Origin: Camelus ferus | Taxonomy: Eukaryota | DNA: 64,000 nt | NCBI RefSeq assembly: GCF_009834535.1 | Contig: NC_045696.1 | Coordinates: 13,580,001 to 13,644,000 of the forward strand | Reading direction: 5' to 3' | In this document: positions 1 to 12,090 of the stretch, one piece after another | How the letters are laid out: each line of letters starts with the position of its first letter | Numbering within the stretch: position 1 is the stretch's first letter | Position numbers and translations under genes: made by a program | The notes under the pieces: generated by a model | Seen by the model: the letters and a program-made list of their open reading frames with translations, nothing else | Told to the model about the DNA's origin: nothing | Databases searched by the model: none

Positions 1-730
1 TCCACAAGAGCCTATCTCTTCCACAGATTACAGATAAAACTCAGGACATAAGACATGGAAGCAGGTTATCAAACCAAAAAAGGATCCCTTAATACTGGGC
101 TCTTTGGATAATTTTTATAGGAAAGATTCTAGAATAGCCAAGCTTATTAACTTTATTTTCTGTCACACAGTTTTCCTTCTGAACCAATGGTCCATTGCAT
201 CTCTGATGACACTCAGGCTTTTAGACTTCATCCTAATTCAAACTTAGTATGCATAGCATATACTAAAAAAATGCTAAATAAATTGATTTCAAAATTAGCA
301 TTTTAAACATTCAAAACAGCTTGAAAGGCACTTTGCTGAAAAACAATTATCTAATTTATTTCACACCTAAGTATTAATTATTTTTATATTCTGCAATGTT
401 AATATTGTCTAAATCTGTCAGTCTCCAGTGGAACATCAAGTTAAATTTTGACTTTTATTCATTTGTGATTGTCTTCTTTAAAAAAGAAATAGTTTCTTTG
501 TCTCTTAGTAACTTATCAAAATGAGATTGTTGAATTGTCTCAGGACATTTCTTTAATCACTAGAGAAAAATGCCCAGAACTCATTTTATCACTTCCTACA
601 TAATGTCTTAATATTTATTTCTAAGGCTAATACTATTTCTGACATGACCCTGTGATTAATCAAATGTTTAATAGAAATAGATCCTGTTTCTTTGAATTTC
701 ATATTAGCCTCATGTTAATGTGACTTAATA

Positions 731-1236
731 CAGGCAGACCTCGGAAGTATTGTGGGTTAGGTTCCAGGACCCTGCGATAAAGATGTGACTCTTCCTTTCA
801 CTTCAACACTTAGAGGCCCTTGTAGTCTTAATTGGCCTAATTTCAATATGGTTGTGTCTCAGGGAATAAGGAAGCACAAGGAGAGGGAGAGAGATGGGGG
901 AACCATCAGTTGGAGGAGCAGTCAGAACACACACAACGTTTATTGATAAAGTCTGTCTTCTTATATAAGCATGGTTCATGGCACAGCCCCCCAAACAATT
1001 GCAGTAATAAAATTAAAGATCACTGACCACAGACCACCATGACAAATGTGATAATAATGATGAAGTTTAAAACATGGAGAGAATTACCAAAATGTGACAC
1101 AGAGACATGAAGTAAGCAAATGCTATTGGAAAAGTGGTACCGGTAGAATGGCTCTTGACACAGAGTCGCCACAAAACTTCAGCTGGTAAACAACACAATG
1201 CAATAAAGCAAAGCACAATAAAATGAGGTCTGCCTG
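731..1236 (-). mobile_element. Internally deleted Tigger1 derivative (TcMar-Tigger MITE, Tigger1a-like)
   Basis: Perfect 12 bp TIRs CAGGCAGACCTC (731-742) / GAGGTCTGCCTG (1225-1236), TA on the left and CA on the right; the body matches both recalled Tigger1 termini joined near 785. Confidence 0.88.
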
Positions 1237-3499
1237 CACGGAGTAGTAAAAGTCTGTAGTTGGCTTGTTTGTGGGAGGTGTCAAGTTTGAACAAAACTCC
1301 CTGGTCTGTTTTGTCAGATTATACCAGGAATGTCGAAGGGGGAGTCGTCATCTTCCTGTCCCATTTTAGTTGTTTCCTTCAGGCTCCAAAGGCCAGGAAT
1401 GTTTCACACTCACATCTTGAGAAACTCATCAAAAGAATTGATGACACTGTAATAAATAGGCTTCAAAACACCATCAGCAACAACAAAAAAAAGTGGTTCA
1501 TGAAAAGCCAACTGTTAGCTAGGCTTTGCACATGGCTCTAATAGCCTTTGCTTTTAATACAAGTAATGTGCATTAGTGTGACTGTCTTTACAGAGACTTG
1601 AAGCCAGTTCCTCTCCCAAAAAGAATGCATTCCAAGGCAAGCAGCTAATTAGTTTTCATACAGCAACCAAAGGAGCCAAGGAGACTGAGCAGTAACTTCA
1701 GTTTCTTTCTCTGGAAGGCTAACTTGATGAGAATTGGAGATGAGTGGAGACTTCGACTTTGTCAGCTAAAATTAATTCATACTGCAAGGGGAAAGTATTT
1801 GGATGGTATCTGGAATTGCTTGAAACAAATACAGGAACACTGAAACACTTAATGAGGAACTTTTGTCAGGAAGCAGTTAGCAATTTTATACTGATTCCTC
1901 TCTTTACTGTTTTTTGGTTTTGTTTTTTCTTTTAAGCCTCTAGAAATTTCTTGTATTTACTTGGCTTGGCAAGACTGTGTGGCTGAAGTAATCTGTATTT
2001 TCTTCGCGTGTACCTTACTGGGAAGGTGAAGGAGGAGAAGGAAAGGGAGAGGGTAAGTGAAATATGCAAGATTATGATACCACAATTTACACAATAAAAA
2101 GTTTCATCAAATGAATAAAACTCCCTTTCTTTACAGATACAGGGACATAACTATTTAATAAGGCTCTTCAAATGCAGAGGCTGAGGTAATTTAAGCAAAG
2201 TAGCACGGGTTGCATAATTAATGTGACTATTCTGGCCTCGAAAACAGTATTTTTATTATAAAAGCTCCTTTTCTTTCTCCAGTTTTAGAGATATTTCCCA
2301 CATTCAGTACAGTGCTTCACATTGAACTTGGGGTAAATGGACTCATCAAGACTGGAATGATTTTATTTGGAAGGTTGTTTATATTTTTAGGCAACCCTTA
2401 GGAATACCTAATGAGTAGGGTAATGGATATTAAGATAAAGGAGATGAATCCCAGTTTAGTCCTTTATTTTTATTGGGGTCTGTAACCATATGGGCCATCA
2501 ACTGAAGAATGAACACTTTCACAGCAAACAGATTGCTGTATATATTGGATACAACAGAATTTTAAACAACAATCCTAAGTTTTGTCCTTCAGCCAAGTAA
2601 AAACAAACATGATGCGTTCTCTCACTAAATTTCTTTAATTCTTTTTGACCTCAGTACATAACAAAATTGCTTTCCCTTAAAAGAAGAGGCAGCAATGAAA
2701 ACTCTGTAATGAACCTGACTTTTAGGATACTTGTTGGGCTATGTGGAGCAGGTGAGGATGGGGGAATGACAAGCTCTCGTGGACAAAAGTAGTGAGGTTA
2801 AAGTGAAAGGTTAGAGCCCACCTAGAGAATTTACATACCTTCCCTTGTTTTTTCTCCATCAAAGGCATGAAGGTGACGCTATGCACCATTCCACTGTCCC
2901 GAGGAGGAGAAGTAACACATACTAGGCAGGGAGCTTGAAATAGCTTGGCCAACCAGCAGCCAGTGTGCAAAGAACACTCTGACAACCACACAGCTACTTT
3001 GTATCCCTTAGATTAGATCATTGTGTTGCCAGAGGATCAGTGGGGGTTCTAGAATTTTTTTCCGTAGGGGAATTTCAGGCATGACAATCTGGTTTGAGAG
3101 GTGACTAAAATAAAAGCATTACTTTGAAGCTGCATACAATTTTTACTTTGAGTTTATGCTCGTTTGGCATCGCCTTTGGTGGCTGGAGTAATGCACGTTA
3201 GAGGTTATACCTGAAAGCGAAATTTACAGACGGAGAGCAAGCATTTATTTAGAAAGTGGGTCTTAGCTGGGTAGGCTTGTGTTGGACATTTGCTTTCATC
3301 TTGCCATCCAGGCTAGTCCTTGGCGATGTCACTGAGGTGAGTGTACCTTTTCTCTGTACCTCACTCTCAGGAGTTCATGTTGAGTTAGCTTAGTGCTCGC
3401 ACAATTCCGATTTCCATCTTTGCTCTCCTATCACTAAATAATAAGCCATATCGCCATCTGTGCTGTTAAATACCTTTACAGTGGTTTAGTCCTTTTTGA

Positions 3500-3620
3500 A
3501 ATACCCCTGGGAGATAGTCAATTGTCACCACTTTTATTTATCCAGTAAGGAAACAGAGGCACAGTGAAAATGAATGTTCTGCCCAAAGACCTAATACTCA
3601 CAAGCCTAAAGCTGAGCCTA
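3500..3620 (-). mobile_element. MIR SINE fragment
   Basis: AAGGAAACAGAGGCACAG...TGCCCAAAG core motif. Confidence 0.55.
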
Positions 3621-4508
3621 CTAAATTGAATTAATTTCTTCCTTGAGAATAAATTATGTATTTCTTCCAAAGGGACTTTTAAAAGAAGTAAACATTTATC
3701 ACTTATTTATAGTTATGAAAAACTTAAAATTACTTTATGGAAATGATGTGTCTTTATTACTCTCCCTACAATAAACTTCAGCTCTTATTAATGTAAATAG
3801 CTAGGAAGGAAACTTTACAAAGTCTAAAATATTTAAATGTTATTCAACAAAGCAATACAGTCGTGAATGCGCAAGGAAAATTTAGTTTTACTGTGAGGAC
3901 ATGTATGTTGATAACAGATCTTCCTGTTAGGAAATTCTCATTAGGATTACTTCAAGGTAAGGTTTCCTTTTCGACACTTTAATTTCTTCAAGGCTGAAGG
4001 ATTTATATTACATTTAAGGGAAAGGTCTGTGATATGGTGGTTATCACTGGACCATAGCATCAGAATACTTTTGTCTGCTTTATGGACTTCAATTACTTTA
4101 ATTTAAACTTAGGAGGTGAGGCGCCTAATGCTATCATCACTGCGATGTTGGTAGAAAGCTCCCTAATCAGTGACATACATTAAAAGCAAGTGAACTTACA
4201 TCCTTTAAGCATGTTTTGACCCCCTGCCATATCGGTAATAACCTTCTTTATGTAATACAATCACACCCTTGGAGGGCTCGTGAACTTCGATTGCAATCAA
4301 AATGGCACTTGTAAAATGCCTTGAAGAAGGATGTGTTTCCTTTGGATTCTGGCTCAATCTGAGCCATATCACCAGTCCGGTCCATCTAGTCATGTCTCAG
4401 AGTTGAGAGGTTTACAATGGTTTATGATCGTAAACGTCAACAATAGTGTATTGCAGGGATCAAAAAGAAATTTGTCAATGTTATGTGATCACTTCATGCA
4501 GTTTTAAA

Positions 4509-4690
4509 GCAGCATTTCTCAACTTCAGAGCTACTGAAATTTTGGAATGTTTAACTCTGTGTTGGGGTTGGGGAGGGAGCTGTCCTGTGCATCATGCACT
4601 AGAAACTAACACTTGTCCAGTTTGGACAACCAAACATATTTTCCAGACATTGCCAAATTTCTCTGGGGCTCCAAATCAATGCTGGAATGT
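4509..4690 (-). mobile_element. MER20 (hAT-Charlie) fragment
   Basis: TTTCTCAAC...GCTGTCCTGTGCAT...ACAACCAAA...CCAGACATTGCCAAAT...CTGGGG matches the recalled reverse-complement MER20 consensus. Confidence 0.8.
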
Positions 4691-5791
4691 AGGGTGCTAA
4701 ATGATGGTGGGTCCCTGAGAAAGTGTGTTGCCCCTGCTCCATCCCTAGCAGGCATTGCAGGACCCTTAGATGAAGTTAAGATTCCAAGGATAGAAAATGT
4801 CCCCTCCCTTGCTTCTGGGGTGGAACCCAGGAAGGCAGCAAACTTTATGGAGAACCCTGAGCCAGTGTGGTTCTGGAGTGACAGACCAGAGATGCCTGGG
4901 CACATCTGAGTGAAGGGGTTCAAGCCAGCCTCAGGATCCCTGAGCACTTTAGCACAGCACTGAAAGGAAAAGACATTCTCCTCAGGTCTCAAAGTACACA
5001 AATAGATGCTGGGGATGGGCAGCCTTGTAGTCAGGGGGACACAGGATAGGCAGAGACATATAGGGATGTAGAGTGTCTCTGTAGAGGCCAACAGCAATAG
5101 ATAATGATGATCTGGGACTAGTTTTTACTCATTCTGCCATTACAGCACTGATACACTGTATATGACCCCTAAACAGAGATTAAATCCTGAAGGAAGTGAT
5201 TATTAATTATCCCAAATTAGATGAGATTATATTTTAACCAGCCCAGTGGAATGGGGACTCCAGATACAGTTACACTGAGTTATACTAAAAAGTCACAACT
5301 TTGCATACATTTATGCTTTAAGGTTCACATCTGATATTTGCTGATATGGGGTGGGGACATGGAGATACATTCCAGAGCCAATATAAATGTCTTCTTTCCC
5401 TGTGACTCTCTTCTCCAGCTACTCAAATCAGTAAACTTTTTTTTTTTTTGGATCTGTTTTCTTTCAAAAAAATTGTTTAACCCTGGAGGCAATCAGGGTT
5501 TTAGAAGCCAAGATTTTGTCTACTTTGATCCCTGTTTTCTTTACCACGTGAGATAATAGATTCTATGTGGAGGAAAGGACAAAGAAGTAGGAGGAATATA
5601 TACACAGGGAACAAAAAACATCTAAGGCTGTGATATATGTATATAATATGATGTCACTATGTGCCCTTGTAAGCCTTTTAGCAGGACAATAACTGGAAGG
5701 ATGGAACCCAAGATATAACTTCCTCAAAACACGAGGCACTATCACTGGACCCAGGGAAGGTGGTAACTCCAACAGAGGTGGAGCCTGAGAG

Positions 5792-6011
5792 CCGGGGTGA
5801 CAGAGTCAGCAAACAAAAAATAGGATTCCCAGTCAAACTTGAATTTCAGATAAACAACATATAATTTTTTGGTGTGACTAAATCCCAAGAAATATTTGGG
5901 ACACACTTAGAATTAGAAAAAAAATTGTTCTTCACCTAAAATTCAAATGGAACTGAGTATTCTGGTTTTTGTTTGTTTGTTTGTTTGTTTTTTGGTTTTT
6001 TTGGCAACCTT
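5792..6011 (+). mobile_element. MER53 palindromic hAT MITE with internal (TTTG)n expansion
   Basis: GGGTGACAGA...TTGAATTTCAGATAAACAAC...TCCCAA/TTGGGAC...AAATTCAAAT...TGGCAACC; palindromic architecture. Confidence 0.85.
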
Positions 6012-6384
6012 AGTCTCAGAGAGAGTGAGATGGGTTCAGAAGCGTTAAGAAACTTGGTCTTTTGCTCAAACAAATCAGCGAGATTATTAATGATCGTAAA
6101 TTTGATGAGATTATATTTAAATCAGAGAGAAATTTTTCACTCTGTTGTCTTTTCTCTTTCTTTCTCCCTCTCTCCTTCCCTTCCTTTGACTTCTAAAGGC
6201 CTCTGCTATCAGACCCAGTGACCTATCAGTTCCTTCTTTGCTTGGCTTATTATGATATAGATGACCTCATAGATTTTTCTACATTCTAGGCCTTGAAGCA
6301 AGGCAAAAGGCCACTTGCAGGTGGATAAGGGTTTTAACTACAACTGCTACTACTACTACAAAAACATAAATAGGGAAAAAAGAT

Positions 6385-6450
6385 CCCCTCCCTCTCTCCT
6401 CTGTCTCTCTCCTCCTCTCTCCTCTGTTTCTCTCTCCCCTTCTCTCCCTC
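6385..6450. repeat. CT-rich low-complexity tract
   Basis: Degenerate (CTCT/CCTCT)n seen directly. Confidence 0.8.
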
Positions 6451-6629
6451 ATCACAAAGACTTTACAAAAGACTGAGGCAGTGCAGGTTACAATGACTGA
6501 TCACAGGTGTTCTGAATGTATTTTATTTACATTTCAGTAGAAAAACTAGATTCCAGGTGTCTTCTCTGTGTGTTTGGCGATTTTAAAATAAGAATTCCGG
6601 AGGACTGAAGGAAGGTGGATGGGACACAG

Positions 6630-6785
6630 AAATCCAATCAGGGTAAGTGGTGCTGTCTTAGCACCTTTAGGAGGGGACAGCTCAGGGGGAAAAGAGCAGT
6701 GACGGGGGAGGGAGAGGCCCCGCCCCTTCCCCACGCCCCACCTTCCCTCCGTCAACTCCAGCAAAGGGGCGAGGGTGGGGTCTCT
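6630..6785. promoter_or_regulatory. Promoter-like motif cluster (CCAAT, Sp1 GC box, KLF box)
   Basis: CCAATCAG at 6634; GGCCCCGCCCC at ~6716-6726; CCACGCCCC at ~6730-6738; GGGGCGAGGGTGGGG at ~6766-6780; locally GC-rich. Confidence 0.4.
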
Positions 6786-7178
6786 AGGCTTAGACGGTCC
6801 CAGCATGGAGAAGAGTCCGGAGTAGGGAGTGCATGCAAAGGGAATTTTTTTTTTTAACATTTTTTATTGATTTATAATCATTTTACAATGTTGTGTCAAA
6901 TTCCAGTGTTCAGCACAATTTTTCAGTCATTCATGGACATATATACACTCATTGTCACATTTTTTTCTCTGTGAGTTATCATAACATTTTGTGTGTATTT
7001 CCCTGTGCTATACAATGTAATCTTGTTTATCTATTCTACAATTTTGAAATCCCAGTCTATCCCTTCCCACCTTCCACCCCTCTGGCAACCACAAGTCTGT
7101 ATTCTCTGTCTATGAGTCTACTTTTGTCCTGTATTTACGCTTTGTTTTTGTTTGTTTGTTTGTTTTTGTTTGTGTTTT

Positions 7179-10100
7179 TTAGATTCCACATATGAGCGAT
7201 CTCATATGGTATTTTTCTTTCTCTTTCTGGCTTACTTCACTTAGAATGACAGTCTCCAGGAGCATCCACGTTGCTGCAAATGGAATTATGTTGTCGGTTT
7301 TTATGGCTGAGTAGTATTCCATTGTATAAATATACCACCTCTTCTTTATCCAGTCACCTGTTGATGGACATTTAGGCTGTTTCCATGTTTTGGCTATTGT
7401 AAATAGTGCTGCTATGAACATTGGGGTGCAGGTGTCATCCTGAAATAGGGTCCCTTCTGGATACAAGCCCAGGAGTGGGATTCCTGGGTCATATGGTAAG
7501 TGTATTCCTAGTCTTTTGAGGAATCTCCGCACTGTTTTCCATAGTGGCTGCACCAAACTGCATTCCCACCAGCAGTGTAGGAGGGTTCCCCTTTCTCCAC
7601 AGCCTCTCCAGCATTTGTCATTTGTGGATTTTTGAATGACGGCCATTCTGACTGGTGTGAGGTGATACCTCACTGTAGTTTTGATTTGCATTTCTCTGAT
7701 AATTAGTGATATTGAGCATTTTTTCATGTGCCTTTTGATCACTTGTATTGTCTTCCTTGGAGAATTGCTTGTTTAGGTCTTCTGCCCATTTTTGGATTGG
7801 GTTGTTAATTTTTTTCTTATTGAGTCATATGAGCTGCTTATATATTCTGGAGATCAAGCCTTTGTTGGTTTAATTTGCAAAAATTTTCTCCCATTCCGTA
7901 GGTTGTCTTCTTGTTTTACTTCTGGTTTCCTTTGCTGTGCAGAAGCTTGTAAGTTTCATTAGGTCCCATTTGTTTATTCTTGCTTTTATTTCTTCTAGGA
8001 GAAAATTTTTTAAATGTATGTCAGATAATGTTTTGCCTATGTTTTCCTCTAGGAAGTTTATTGTATCTTGGCTTATGTTTAAGTCTTTGATCCATTTTGA
8101 GTTGATTTTTGTGTATGGTATAAGGGAGTGTTCTAGCTTTATTGTTTTATATGCTGCTGTCCAGTTTTCCCAACATCATTTGCTGAAAAGACTGCCTTTA
8201 TTCCATTGTATATTCTTGCCTCCTTTGTCGAAGATTAGTTGACCAAAAGTTTGTGGGTTCATTTCTGGGCTCTCTATTCTGTTCCATTGGTCTATATGTC
8301 TGTTTTTGTAGCCATACCATGCTGTCTTGATGAATGTAGCTCTATAGTATTGTCTGAAGTCTGGGAGAGTTATTCCTCCAACCTCTTTCTTTCTCTTCAG
8401 TAATGCTTTGGCAATTCTAGGTCTTTGATGGTTCCATATAAATTTTATTATGATTTGTTCTAGTTCTGTGAAATATGTCCTGGCTAATTTGATAGGGATT
8501 GCATTAAATCTGTAGATTGCCTTGGGCAGTGTGACCATTTTAACAATATTGATTCTTGCAATCCAAGAGCATGGAATATCTTTTCATTTTTTAAAGTCTT
8601 CTTTAATTTCCTTCATCAATGGTTTATAGTTTTCTGTGTATAATTCTTTCACCTCCTTGGTTAGATTTATTCCCAGATATTTTATTATTTTGGGTGCTAT
8701 TTTAAAGGGGATTGTTTCTTTACTTTCTTTTTCTGTTGATTCATTGTTAGTGTAAAGAAATGCCACTGATTTTTGAATGTTAATCTTATAACCTGCTACC
8801 TTGCTGAATTCTTCATTCAGCTCTAGTAGTTTTTGTGTGGACCTTTTAGGGTTTTCTATATATATAGTAACATGTAATTGGCATATAGTGCCACTTTTAC
8901 CTCTTCTTTTCCAATTTGGATCCCTTTTATGTCTCTCTCTTGACTGATGGCTGTGGCTAGGACTTCCAAGACTATGTTGAATAGGAGTGGTGATAGTGGG
9001 CATCCTTGTCTTGTACCAGGTTTTAGTGGGAAGCTTTTGAGTTTTTCACCATTGAGTACTATGCTGGCTGTAGGTTTGTCATATATAGCTTTTATTATGT
9101 TGAGATATGATCCCTCTATACTCACTTTGGTGAGAGTTTTTATCATAAATGGGTGTTGAATTTTATCAAATGCTTTTTCTGCATCGATTGAGATGATCAT
9201 GTGGCTTTTGTCCTTTCTCTTGTTGATGTGATGTATTACATTGATTGATTTGCGTATGTTGAAACAGCCTCTTGTCCCTGGGATGAACCCCACTTGGTCA
9301 TGATGTATAATCTTTTTTATGTGTTGTTGGATTCTATTTGCTAAAATTTTGGTGAGGATTTTGGCGTCTATGTTCATCAGTGATATTGACCTATAATTCT
9401 CTTTTTTGGTAGTGTCTTTGCCTGGTTTTGGTATCAGGGTGATGGTGGCTTCATAGAATGAGTTTGGGAGTATTCCCTCCTTTTCAATTGTCTGGAAGAG
9501 TTTGAGAAGGACTGGTATGAGTTCTTCTTTGTATGTTTGGTAGAATTCCCCGGTGAAGCCATCCGGTCCTGGACTTTTATTTGTAGGGAGGTTTTTAATT
9601 GCTATTTCTATTTCCTTTCTAGTGATCGGATTGTTCAAGTGTTCAGATTCTTCTTGATTCAGTCTTGGTGGACAGTATGTTTCCAGAAACTTGTCCATCT
9701 CCTCTAGGTTATCCAGTTTGGTTCCATATAGTTTTTCATAATATTCTCGTATGGTATTCTGTATTTCTATTTTGTTTGTTTTAATTTCTCCATTTTCCTT
9801 TCTTATTTTGCTAATTTGTGCTCTCTCTTTTTTCTTCTTTGTGAGTTTGGCCAGAGGTTTGTTGATTTTATTTACTTTTTCAAAAAACCAGCTTTTGGTT
9901 TGGTTGATTTTTTCTGTGGTCTTGTTAATCTCTATTGTATTTAATTTCTCTGATCTTTATTATTTCCTTCCTTCTGCTGCTTTTTGGGGCTTTTTGGGGC
10001 TTTTTGTTCTTCTTTTTCTAATTCATTCAGGTGGTGGGTTAACTTGTTTATCTGAGATTGTTATTCTTTTTTGAGGAAGGCCTGTATCACTATAAACTTC

Positions 10101-10975
10101 CCTCTTAGCACTGCCTTTGCTGTGTCCCATAGGTTTTGAGTGGTTGTGCTTTCATTATCATTTGTCTCAAGGTATTTTTTAATTTCAGCTTTGATTTCCT
10201 CATTGACCCATTGTTTTTTCAATAACATATTGTTTAATCTCCATGCTTTCCTTTTTTTCTCCTTTGTTGCTCTGTTGTTGATTTCCAGTTTCATGGCATT
10301 GTGGTCGGTAAAGATGCTTGAGATAATTTCTATCTTCTTAAAATTGTTGAGGTTTCTTTTGTGCCCAAGTACATGATCGATCCTGGAAAATGTTCCATGT
10401 GCACTTGAAAAGAATGTATATCCTATTTTTGGGGGGTGTAATGCTCTGAAAATATCCACCAAATCTAGTTTTTCTATTGTAGTATTTAATTTCTCTGTTG
10501 CCTTGTTTATTTTCTCTCTGGAAGATCTGTGTAGTGATGTTAATGCAGTGTTAAAATCTCCAACTATGATTGTATTCCTATCAATATCCCCCTTTATCTC
10601 TGTTAGTACTTGTTTTATGTATTTAGGTCCTCCTATATTTGGTGCATATATATTAACAAGTGTAATATCCTCATCTTGTATCACTCCTTTAATCATTATA
10701 AAATGTCCTTCTTTATCTTTCTTTATGGCCTTTGTTTTAAAGTCTATTTTGTCTGAAATCAGTACTGCAACACCTGCTTTTTTTGCATGGAATATCTTTT
10801 TCCATCCTTTCACTCTCAATCTATATGTGTCCTTCTCCCTAAAGTGGGTCTCTTGTATGCAGCCTATTGAAGGTTCTTGCTTTATTATCCATTCTGCCAC
10901 TCTATGTCTTTTGACTGGAGCATTTAGTCCATTAACATTTACAGTAATTAATGATAGATGTGTGTTTATTGCCAT
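7179..10975 (-). pseudogene. L1 ORF2 (APE endonuclease + reverse transcriptase), broken into at least 5 ORF pieces
   Basis: TVNVNGLN...IQETH...VGDFN...SRIDH...TDH (EN); KSPGPDGF...[14 protein letters not shown]...IDAEKAFD...[13 protein letters not shown] (RT); [18 protein letters not shown] (C-terminal Cys motif); frameshifts between pieces. Confidence 0.96.
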
Positions 10976-11407
10976 TTTGAACTTATCTTTGCAGTTGAAT
11001 TGGTATATCCTCTTTGTTCCTTTCTTCTTCCTTTTGTGGTTTGGTAATTTTCCTTTGCATTATCATGGATTTTATTTAATTTTTGTGACTCCCTTGTAAG
11101 TTTTTGGCTTGTGGTTACCCTTTTTTGTAAATCTATTAGCCCATTACTATAACTGTTTTTATTAAACTGATAGTAACATGATCTGAAACCCATCCTACTG
11201 TTAAAAAAAATTTAAAAAAGAAAGAAAAAAGATATTCTATATTTCCCTGCCTCCCTCTCCCACTCTCAGTGATTTGTATGTCTTCTTTTATAATTTCGTG
11301 TTTACTTTATTTGTAATTCATGAATTATCACCTTTCCAGTTGTGAGTTTCTCATTTCTGTAGCATTCTGCTGCTTTTCTATTTAGAATAAACCTTTCAAT
11401 ATTTCTT

Positions 11408-12090
11408 TTAGCATGGGTTTAGTGTTGCTAAACTCCTGCAACTTTTTTTTTTTTTGTCTGTGAAACTCTTTATTTCTCCTTCTATCCTAAAGGATAGCCT
11501 TGCTGGATAAAGTATTCTAGGCTGCATCTTTTTTTCATTCAGGGCTTTGACTATATCTTGCCACTCCCTTCTGGCCTGTAGTGTTTGTGTAGAGAAATCA
11601 GCTGAGAGCCTTATGGGGGTTCCCTTGTAACTTACTCTTTGCTTTTCTCTTGCTGCCTTTAGAATCATTTCTTTATCCTTGTCTCTGGCCATCTTTATTA
11701 TGATATGTCTTGGTGTGGGTCTATTTGGGTTCTTCCTGTTTGGGACCCTCTGAGCTTCCTGTACTTGGATATCTGATACCTTCTTTAAGTTTGGGAAGTT
11801 TTCAGTCATGATTTCTTCAAAAACCTTTTCAATCCCCTTTGATTTTTCTTCCCCTTCTGGGACCCCTATTATGCGAAGATTGGGATGCTTTATATTATTC
11901 CATAGGTCCCTTATGCTATTTTCATTATTTTTTATTTGCTTCTCTTGTAGTTCTTCTGAATGGGTGCTTTCTATTGCTCTGTCTTCTAGATCACTAATTC
12001 GTTCCTCTGCATTATCTAGTCGGCTTTGCACAGCTATTAGATCATTCCTCATCTCTATCAATGAGTTTACCCATTCTACTTGGCTCTTCT
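11408..12090 (-). pseudogene. L1 ORF1 (coiled coil/RRM/CTD), N-terminus missing, frameshift near the C-terminus
   Basis: RLDNAEERISDLED...NLRIIGVPEGEE...PRHIIIKM...IRLSADFS...ARREW...PRILYPARLSF. Confidence 0.95.

Larger units (their letters stand above)
6849..12090 (-). mobile_element. Young camelid-type LINE-1, 5'-truncated within ORF1, inactivated
   Basis: ORF1 C-half, long inter-ORF spacer, EN/RT/C-terminal ORF2 pieces, 3' UTR and short poly(A); perfect TSD AGGGAATTTT at 6839-6848 and 12091-12100 followed by AA (TTTT/AA endonuclease site). Confidence 0.97.

Noticed and set aside
2040..2195. Possible small plus-strand exons (GG|GTAAGT near 2052; TTTCTTTACAG|...GAG|GTAATT at ~2137-2185)
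   Set aside because: Splice-like motifs are frequent by chance; no ORF or other support.
4606..5097. 163 aa minus-strand ORF
   Set aside because: Non-ATG start, overlaps MER20, no recognisable domain.
10503..11099. 198 aa plus-strand ORF and other hydrophobic ORFs antisense to L1 (7937, 9751, 11808, 57306)
   Set aside because: Shadow frames of A-rich L1 coding strands.
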